DNA of 64,000 nt, taken from Sphingopyxis sp. Its GTDB lineage: Bacteria > Pseudomonadota > Alphaproteobacteria > Sphingomonadales > Sphingomonadaceae. Shown piece by piece: positions 42,101-48,227 of this stretch (position 1 is its first letter; the number at the start of each line of letters is the position of its first letter). Where the stretch lies: the NCBI RefSeq assembly GCF_035565275.1, contig NZ_DATMST010000063.1, forward strand, positions 2,537 through 66,536, written 5' to 3'. The notes beneath the pieces were generated by a model that was not told the origin of the DNA, did not search any database, and saw nothing but the letters and a program-made list of their open reading frames with translations. Both the position numbers and the translations under genes were made by a program.

Positions 42101-43423
42101 CACGACCTGACGCAGACATTCGCCTATAATCCGGCGAGCCAGATCGCCAGCGTCATGCACAGCAACGACGCCTATGCGTGGCAAGGCCATTATAACGTCG
42201 ATCGCGCCTATGTCGCCGACGGGCTCAACCGCATCATGAGCGCGGCTGCCACGAGCATCGGCTATGACGCGCGCGGCAATCTGTCGATGTCGGGCAGCGA
42301 CAGCTACGGTTATGACAGCGAAAACCGGATGACGGGCGCGCCCGGCGGCACGACGCTGCACTATGATCCCGCGGCCCGGTTGAAGCGGATATATTCGGCC
42401 GCGGGGGGAACGACCTGGTTCGGCTATGACGGTGTCGACCGGACCATCGAACTGGATGTCGTCGGCACGGTGCTGCGCCGCAATGTCCACGGCCCCGGCA
42501 TCGACAATCCGATCGTCTGGTACGAGGGCGTGGGCCTCGGCGACCGACGCTTCCTGATGGCCGACGAACGCGGCAGCGTGGTGAGCGTCACCGACAGCGC
42601 CGGCGCGACGGTGGGGCTGAACAGCCATGACGAATATGGCAATCCGGCGCCGGGCAATGTCGGGCGGTTCGGCTATACCGGGCAGACGTGGCTGCCCGAG
42701 CTGGGGATGTGGTATTACAAGGCGCGGATCTATTCGCCGGTGCTCGGGCGGTTCATGCAGACTGATCCGATTGGATATGGCGACGGGATGAACTGGTATA
42801 ACTATGTCGGTGGGGATCCGGTGAATTTTGTGGATCCGTTGGGTCTAAGCTGTGATAATCCCGGAAATGGGGATTATTGTGACCCGTACAATCCGGGTGA
42901 CGATGGTCCAGAAATAAGCGTGATCGCCAACTGCAAGAAGGGTTGGACCTGCTCTGGAAAAGTAATTTGGTACCATATGGAACCTATATCTTTTGATCTG
43001 AGATATATAAATTACTCTTGCAATGCGGGCCGTCTTGTTTGTGAGCGAGAAAAGCCGAAGTATTGTTCGTCAACCACTTATCAGGTTGGAGATCTCATAG
43101 ATGACGTAGGTGGTGCCATTCAAGGAGCGGGGGCTGCTACCGTCGTGGCTGGAGGTGTGATCGGCGTCGCGACGGCATTTACTGGCGTTGGGGTCGGCGC
43201 TGGTGGTGGAGTGGCGGGAGTCGGCGGGACGATCTACACAGGCGGGACCGCCGTATCTGCGATCGGTAATGCAGTTAAATATGCAGGCGGTCAAAGTGGA
43301 GAGTTAACAGCCGCAAAAATGATAAGCCTTCCGATCGTTTATAAACTGAATGCCGTGCCGGGAATCATATCGGATAAAGTTCTATCGGAAACCATAGATG
43401 GGGCTTTGAGTGACCCTTGTTAG
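39197..43423 (+). CDS. RHS/YD-repeat polymorphic toxin-like protein with an N-terminal signal peptide
   Basis: Many YxYD.xGR repeats; RHS core YKARIYSPVLGRFMQTDPIG and DPVNFVDPLGL; variable 191-aa C-terminus; no PAAR/VgrG motif seen. Confidence 0.93.
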   Translation: MQTSRKPGARRARRFLSSAAWLPFAVLALGLPSPVRAQDAPEPYRNDDVYGVDLTTGSFNVKLLEGRIGPSDGGVTLVRYSGRGGYENNWTGVLNRTNVDGQTRINISFGNVSAKFTLGSGGVWTSDKSDGATLTETVYDQTYRAEYLYRAADGAEVVFKTTPFISNMYPTTGTVTYNCARGPASHCALPVSMKQADGQKFILSYDTSYSCLPGPVGSQNCSVGVAHGAQVSSSSGYAVSFGTSGATLFHPDERTCAGFSCTFPPDTPRVTYAYPTTNVLEVTTTNGEIWRFTKGTSGTGNGRIVGIRSPGATSDTTAIAYDSSGRVTSITEDGVTKTYSWGTSGGNTVVNTTEGGTDTGQVVSNPAVGQPTNVTNGAAQTITYQYDTSGRRTRTTMPEGNYVHTTYDARGNVTETRAVAKPGSGPADIVTTANFDAACTNPVKCNKPNWTQDALGNRTNYTYDPTHGQVTRVQLPSPTADAVGAETGVRPEINYGYTGISVASGTVHKLTQITTCATAATCSGTANETKVTIGYNDRLLPTTVTTAAGDGSISSTTTYTYDWLGNVTSVDGPLAGTDDTTYYFGSADLPAGIIYPDPDGAGPRPRRAERRNYVNWTTLESISIGTVTGTALTDLTGMTAQQTISYTYDSNKNIVKDVTSTPSGTVSVVQHSYDAKKRRTCTALRMNPATWSALPASACTAATASATYGPDRITRTSYDANDRATKVETAVGTAAAADELRAAYTANGQIDHVIDAESNRTSYIYDGFDRLSQTRYPSATKGANSSNASDYEGLSYDARSSVTQRRLRDNTAVGYSYDDLGRLTGKDLPGSEPDATYGYDLLGRPATAVQDGQTLSFVHDALGRKTGESIPYLGATGYAYDAAGRRTSMSYPGGVLTVNYDHDVTGNVTAIRENGAPSGAGVLATYAFDDLGRRMSVTFGNGSTQNFTYDPASRLETLTNNLGGAVTTHDLTQTFAYNPASQIASVMHSNDAYAWQGHYNVDRAYVADGLNRIMSAAATSIGYDARGNLSMSGSDSYGYDSENRMTGAPGGTTLHYDPAARLKRIYSAAGGTTWFGYDGVDRTIELDVVGTVLRRNVHGPGIDNPIVWYEGVGLGDRRFLMADERGSVVSVTDSAGATVGLNSHDEYGNPAPGNVGRFGYTGQTWLPELGMWYYKARIYSPVLGRFMQTDPIGYGDGMNWYNYVGGDPVNFVDPLGLSCDNPGNGDYCDPYNPGDDGPEISVIANCKKGWTCSGKVIWYHMEPISFDLRYINYSCNAGRLVCEREKPKYCSSTTYQVGDLIDDVGGAIQGAGAATVVAGGVIGVATAFTGVGVGAGGGVAGVGGTIYTGGTAVSAIGNAVKYAGGQSGELTAAKMISLPIVYKLNAVPGIISDKVLSETIDGALSDPC

Positions 43424-43433
43424 GAGCGGAAAT

Positions 43434-43616
43434 TTGAATAATATTATTAAAAAATATATAATGTACGCTAGTATATCTTCAATTTTATTTATATTAAGTA
43501 TATCTCATTTTTTTCGTTCAGATAAAAGTGCAGAAATTGTTTCGGTTTTTTCATCTATGATTATGTTTTTAATTATTCTATTATGCATTAAATACATAGT
43601 TAAGAAATTTCCGTAA
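43434..43616 (+). CDS. Candidate immunity protein, 60 aa with two TM helices
   Basis: AGGAG RBS then TTG 10 bp after the RHS stop; extremely AT-rich; MNNIIKKYIMYASISSILFILSISHFF...VFSSMIMFLIILLCIKYIVKKFP. Confidence 0.7.
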   Translation: MNNIIKKYIMYASISSILFILSISHFFRSDKSAEIVSVFSSMIMFLIILLCIKYIVKKFP

Positions 43617-43632
43617 GAGCATTTGGAATTAC

Positions 43633-43685
43633 GGTGACAGGTGCAACAATCCCCCATTGACGCGGGGATTGGGGCGCCTGTCGCC
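43633..43685. repeat. REP-like hairpin in front of the transposase stub
   Basis: GGTGACAGGTGC...GCGCCTGTCGCC outer stem, AATCCCC/GGGGATT inner stem. Confidence 0.65.
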
Positions 43686-43765
43686 TGATTCCAACCAGCC
43701 GCGCGTGATTGATCCATTGCGGCGCCACGTGATTGACGGGCGCTCGCAGTGTCCCCACCATGCCC

Positions 43766-43825
43766 ATGGCCCGGCTGCGCCGCATCGTCCTGCCCGGCAT
43801 TCCGCATCATGTGACCCGGCGGGGC
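43766..43825 (+). pseudogene. N-terminal stub of a RAYT/IS200-like (Y1 HUH) transposase
   Basis: MARLRRIVLPGIPHHVTRRG matches the recalled family N-terminus (MAR.xRxxxPGxxHHVTxRG); similarity stops after 20 codons and the frame ends at 43903. Confidence 0.72.
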
Positions 43826-43859
43826 AGACCTCGAGAGCACTTGTTACGCGCCTCACTCC

Positions 43860-44612
43860 TCACCCCAGCCGGCCCGCATACACCCCCATCGCCGCGGCAA
43901 TGAACTCCGCGCACCCCGGTAACTCGGGATGGTCATAGGTGCCGCGGAATTCGGAGTTGTCGGCATAATAGCGGCCAAGGCGCCTGAACGCCGCGGCGTC
44001 GGGGGTCCAGCTGTGCGAGACCCAGCGATAATGGCGGCCGGTCACCTCCTGCACCGCGTCGGACGCGGGATCGGCGCCTTCGCGGAACAGGTGCTGGAAA
44101 TCGGCGCGGATCGCTTCCATCTCTTCTTGGATCGCGGCGACCTGTTCCTTGCTGAAGCTTCGCGCCTTTGCCGCTGCCGCCGCGACGGCATCCTTGCCCC
44201 AGAAGGCTTCGGCCTCGCGCTGCCAGCGGTCGCGCGTTTCGGGGGCGATGCCGGCGTAATAGTCATTGTCTTCCATATGCTCGTCCTTTTCCAGTGATGC
44301 GATCGTGCGATCGATGGTGTGGATGAGGGTGCGGTAGTGGTCGATCCGGCCTTCGAGTGCCGCGCGGTGCTGGCGGAGCGCCGCGAGCGGGTCGAAGCCG
44401 GGATCGTCGAGCACGGCGGCGATCTCCGCCAGCGGCAGGCCGAGCTCGCGGTAAAAGAGGATCTGCTGCAGCCGCAGCAGTTCCTCCTTGCCGTAATAAC
44501 GATAGCCATTGGCGCCGACATGGCCGGGCTTCAGCAGTCCGATCGCATCATAATGATGCAGCGTCCTGACGCTGATGCCCGCCGCTCTTGCGACTTGCCG
44601 AACCGTCCGCAT
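43860..44612 (-). CDS. MerR family regulator with a TipAS domain (TipA/Mta-like)
   Basis: ISVRTLHHYDAIGLLKP...GYRYY, LQQILFYRELGL; C-terminal HYRWV...LGRYYADNSEF. Confidence 0.9.
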   Translation of the reverse strand: MRTVRQVARAAGISVRTLHHYDAIGLLKPGHVGANGYRYYGKEELLRLQQILFYRELGLPLAEIAAVLDDPGFDPLAALRQHRAALEGRIDHYRTLIHTIDRTIASLEKDEHMEDNDYYAGIAPETRDRWQREAEAFWGKDAVAAAAAKARSFSKEQVAAIQEEMEAIRADFQHLFREGADPASDAVQEVTGRHYRWVSHSWTPDAAAFRRLGRYYADNSEFRGTYDHPELPGCAEFIAAAMGVYAGRLG

Positions 44613-44638
44613 TGCCGTCTCCTCATCGTGCGGACAGG

Positions 44639-44669
44639 CCTGTCGGGGATAACGCGGCGTGAGGGTCAA
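44639..44669 (-). promoter_or_regulatory. MerR-type long-spacer promoter/operator
   Basis: TTGACC-CTCACGCCGCGTTATCCCC(19 bp)-GACAGG on the minus strand; resembles recalled Mta/TipA sites; -10 is weak. Confidence 0.5.
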
Positions 44670-44698
44670 GCGCTTTTTTGCACGACCCGCGAACGATC

Positions 44699-45388
44699 CT
44701 AATATTCGATCGTGATCCGGACCTTGTCGGGTTCCACGCCTGCCAGGGCGGCGATTTCTTCGCGGCTGGTGTCGACCAGTGCCCGGATTTGCTTCGACGT
44801 CGCCGACGGGTTGCCGTGCGCCGCCGCGGCGTCGCCGATCAGCAACTCGCGTTCCGACATGCCGAAGGCGTCGGCCAGCGCGATCAGGTTGCTGCGCCGC
44901 GGGACGGTCTTGCCGCTTTCCCACGCCCAGATGCTCGGCTTGCTGAAGCCTGTCCGCACGGAGAGTTCGGCGCGGGTGAGGCCGCGTTCCTGCCGGAGCC
45001 GAAGCAGTCGCGCCGCGAGCATTTCGTCATCGGCAGGAAGGTGCGCGGGGTCGACGTCGTCGGGAAGCGGATTGCGAAGCTGCGCCGCACTGAGCGCGGC
45101 GCGCGACAGCGGCCGGTCGAAACGGCATCCTGCGAGCGCCTCGCTGCGCCATACGATGGTCGCCGCGCAGTCGGGCGCTTCAGGCAGTTCGACGATGATC
45201 CGTTGACCGATCGCGAGGTCGGACACGGTTTCGATCAGCATGCCGGTTGCCGACAGATTGTGGACTACCACGACAGCCCCCTCGTCGCCATCGAAGGACC
45301 CGGGGGCTTCAAATCGCATGTGCATGCGGGCGGCCGCGCGCGTGTCGTCGGCGCCCTGTTCCTGTTCGATCATCGCGTGAATGGGCAT
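44699..45388 (-). CDS. PilZ-XRE HTH fusion regulator A
   Basis: RAAAR (RxxxR) and NLSATG (D/NxSxxG) PilZ motifs; XRE HTH LTRAELSVRTGFSKPSIWAWESG. Confidence 0.82.
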   Translation of the reverse strand: MPIHAMIEQEQGADDTRAAARMHMRFEAPGSFDGDEGAVVVVHNLSATGMLIETVSDLAIGQRIIVELPEAPDCAATIVWRSEALAGCRFDRPLSRAALSAAQLRNPLPDDVDPAHLPADDEMLAARLLRLRQERGLTRAELSVRTGFSKPSIWAWESGKTVPRRSNLIALADAFGMSERELLIGDAAAAHGNPSATSKQIRALVDTSREEIAALAGVEPDKVRITIEY

Positions 45389-45568
45389 GGACCAGCCCTA
45401 TGCGGGGCAATCGGTTGTCGAGTGGTTAAAGGCGCGGGCCGCATCGCGGGGCCATGCGCGGTCCGGCACATGGCAGCAAGGTCGGTTTACCCGATCGCGG
45501 GCCGAACCGTGCGCTGATTGCGGCGGGCCAGTTTTGCGATTTTTCCCGGATTTTGGCCGCTGGCGGGC

Positions 45569-45801
45569 CTTTTGATTAACTTAAACCAAATCATTAGGTT
45601 AAGTTTTGACGTGCCGCTGTCCCGATTCTGAACGCCAGTGGCCCCATTGTCCCGGTAGCGCCGGCGGGATTAACCTTCGACAGGTGCGAAAAATCGCGGA
45701 TTTCTTTGCAAGTTGAATGGCATCGTCGATGCGGATTTTCGGTTGACGCCCATTTTGAGGGTGTGAACCCCTCTTAATCCATGTACTAAGTTTTTCTTAA
45801 C
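45569..45801. promoter_or_regulatory. AT-rich divergent control region with multiple TTAA motifs and a CtrA-like site
   Basis: AACTTAA-N14-TTAAGTT (45578-45605), ATTAACCTT (45669), CTAA-N7-TTAAC (45786-45801). Confidence 0.5.
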
Positions 45802-45905
45802 GGAGGGGGGTGAGTCGGGTCGCGACTCCCCGGGCGTCGGGGGATGCCCAATGGTTATCCGCAAAGCGGGGCCGGAAACCGTTTGGTTTTTTGGGGGGTT
45901 GTGAC

Positions 45906-46430
45906 ATGAGGTTCATGCTCTTTGCGCTTGCGGCGGCGGCTTTTGCTGTGCCTGCGAACGCCAGCGAAATCGAGAATGTCCGGTCGTTCGACATCGCGGT
46001 CAGCGGTTCGATTCGCCAGCATTGCGCGATGGGTAGCATTCAGAACATGGATTTCGGCAACCTCGAACGCCGCGGTCTCGCTATCCAGACACAAGTCGCC
46101 TTCGACTGCAACGTCCCCTTCACGATGATGATCAAGGGGGCGCGCGGCGGACTTACGCACACGAAGATGCCGAACGGGCAGGGCCCGTATGCCGGCGTGT
46201 TGCCCTATAGCCTGGCCGTCGAACTGCCCGTGCGGCATCCGGCCGCCGAAATGCTCAACCGGTCATTCAACAGCCACCAGCTTCAGGCCGGCGGTGTGAT
46301 TTCCAGCAACGGCGGCATCGCCACCGACGGCATGGTCCTTGCGGTCCAGCTTGGCACGCCATCGGGCGAAGCGGGGCTGCTCGCCGGCGAATATTCGGAG
46401 ACGATCACGATAACCGTTTCTCCGATCTAA
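45906..46430 (+). CDS. Fimbrial (chaperone-usher) minor subunit
   Basis: Signal peptide, alternating donor-strand pattern FDIAVSGSI, two Cys, MDFG, terminal GEYSETITITVSP. Confidence 0.75.
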   Translation: MRFMLFALAAAAFAVPANASEIENVRSFDIAVSGSIRQHCAMGSIQNMDFGNLERRGLAIQTQVAFDCNVPFTMMIKGARGGLTHTKMPNGQGPYAGVLPYSLAVELPVRHPAAEMLNRSFNSHQLQAGGVISSNGGIATDGMVLAVQLGTPSGEAGLLAGEYSETITITVSPI

Positions 46431-46572
46431 TGAATTCGTCCGCGGGCGAACCGCGGGCGGTAGCCGGAAGGGCAGGCACCGCTGCTCTCCCGGTCTCCGA
46501 CCAGAACGGTGCAGGTATTAGGCCGCAGTCCGGCAAATGGGCCGGGGCGGTATAATAGAGGGAAGAAGATTT

Positions 46573-47331
46573 ATGAAGAAGATCCTTTGCGGCGCCGTTG
46601 CCGCTATCGCTCTCGTCGGCGCCGCAGCGCCCGCCGCCGCGCAGACCAACCAGCGTCACTATGCCGGCGTCATCGCTGGTATTCCCTACACCTCGACCAA
46701 CCCGGGCGGTCTCGCCACCATCGGTCTCGAACTCGGCCTTCTGGGCGGCATCGGCACGCGCTACACCGCGCAGGCCAATGCTCCGGCCAGCACCGGCACG
46801 ATCGACGACGAAGTCACCGTCGCCTTCACGCTGACGGGTGAAGTCCCGCAGGATTGCTCGTTCTATTCGGGCAACAACAGCGCAGCGCGCGACATCGATT
46901 TCGGCGTGATCGGCATCCGTGGCGGCGACAATGAAAACGTCGGTTCGGCCTTCGAAATGACCGGCCCGGCCGTCGCCAACATCGAAACGCTGACTGCTGG
47001 CTGCAACTTCAACAACGAAGTCAGCATCCAGAAGACCAACGGCGTCAACGGCCTCGTCAACGCGGCTGCCGGCGGTTACGACACCGACGAATTCCAGGCG
47101 AACATTCCGTACAGCGTGAATGCAAGCTGGACCGGCGTTGCGTACAACACCGTGACCACGGGCACGCCGCAGTCGCTGGCCGTTTCGACCTCGCAGCCCG
47201 GCGCGACCAAGCTGCAGGGTGCATGGCGTTCGGACATGGACATCAACATCAACGCTCCGGCGATCACCAGCAAGGGTCTGGTCGCTGGTCAGTATTCGGA
47301 CGTCGTGACGCTGAAGCTGACCGCGCTCTAA
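46573..47331 (+). CDS. Probable major fimbrial subunit with an extended N-terminus
   Basis: Signal peptide, FTLTGEVPQDC...IDFG...AGCN, terminal AGQYSDVVTLKLTAL; strongly biased codons; own terminator. Confidence 0.8.
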   Translation: MKKILCGAVAAIALVGAAAPAAAQTNQRHYAGVIAGIPYTSTNPGGLATIGLELGLLGGIGTRYTAQANAPASTGTIDDEVTVAFTLTGEVPQDCSFYSGNNSAARDIDFGVIGIRGGDNENVGSAFEMTGPAVANIETLTAGCNFNNEVSIQKTNGVNGLVNAAAGGYDTDEFQANIPYSVNASWTGVAYNTVTTGTPQSLAVSTSQPGATKLQGAWRSDMDININAPAITSKGLVAGQYSDVVTLKLTAL

Positions 47332-47350
47332 GTTGATGCTGTGAATATGG

Positions 47351-47383
47351 GAAAGGGGGAAGAGCGATCTTTCCCCTTTCTTT
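47351..47383 (+). terminator. Intrinsic terminator/stabiliser after the major subunit gene
   Basis: GAAAGGGGGAAGA-GCGA-TCTTTCCCCTTTC-TTT. Confidence 0.75.
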
Positions 47384-47423
47384 ATGAATAGGGAATATGC
47401 CGGAAACGGCGGGGGATGGGATT

Positions 47424-48227
47424 ATGACGGCATTGGCGATGTTGAAGCGTCGTGGGCGCGCTTTGCTGGCGATTTTTGCCGCACTTGCGGTGCTCGTCAG
47501 TCCGGCCTTGGCCATGCGCGTCTCCCCGATGGTGGTCGAGATGGAATCGCGCGGCAGTTCCGCCGTCGCCCGCATCGAGGTCCAGAACATCAACCCGGGC
47601 AATCTGGCTTTCCAGACCCGCGTCTTCCGCATGGAATTCGACAAGGATGGAAAGGTCGTCGAAACCCCGGCCGACGACCAGTTCCTGATCTTTCCGCCGC
47701 AGGGTGTGCTCGCTGCCGGCGGCCGTCAGGTCGTGCGACTGCAGTGGGTTGGCGATCCCGAACTGGCCGCATCGCAAGCCTATTATGTTTCGGTCGAGCA
47801 ATTGCCGGTGGCATTCGAACCCGGTGCCACCGAAACGGTGGGTGCTCAGGTCCAGGTGCTTTACAATATGCGCGCGCTGGTCGTGGTGGCGCCCCCGGGG
47901 GCAAAGCCGCAGGTCAAGGCCACCTCGGTAAAGGCGGTTACGTATCAGCCCCCGGCGCTTCCCGGCGCGACGGACCTTCCGCCGATGCAGGACGGGCTTG
48001 AAATCACGCTGCGCAACGATGGCCGCCGCCACGCGATGATGGCGAATTTCGGCTGGCTGCTCGAAGGCACGGACAAGGACGGAAAATGGCTGCGGGTCGA
48101 CATCTCGCCCGAAGAACTGACCCGCGCTGTCGGCACGGGCTATGTTCCCGCCCAGGGTGAACGCGTTTTCCGGATTCCGGTCCCCGGTTTCGGGCCCGGC
48201 CCCGTGAAGCTGTCGTTCAAGCAATGA
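47424..48227 (+). CDS. Periplasmic fimbrial chaperone (non-classical type)
   Basis: Signal peptide, VSPMVVEM, FLIFPPQGVL..GGRQVVRLQW, YYVSVEQLP. Confidence 0.88.
   Translation: MTALAMLKRRGRALLAIFAALAVLVSPALAMRVSPMVVEMESRGSSAVARIEVQNINPGNLAFQTRVFRMEFDKDGKVVETPADDQFLIFPPQGVLAAGGRQVVRLQWVGDPELAASQAYYVSVEQLPVAFEPGATETVGAQVQVLYNMRALVVVAPPGAKPQVKATSVKAVTYQPPALPGATDLPPMQDGLEITLRNDGRRHAMMANFGWLLEGTDKDGKWLRVDISPEELTRAVGTGYVPAQGERVFRIPVPGFGPGPVKLSFKQ

Noticed and set aside
43704-43736. 9-bp direct repeat CGTGATTGA as a target-site duplication
   Set aside because: Copies are only 24 bp apart and flank no element
45576-45602. Canonical CtrA TTAA-N7-TTAA at the first TTAA cluster
   Set aside because: Spacings do not equal 7; reported only as an inverted repeat
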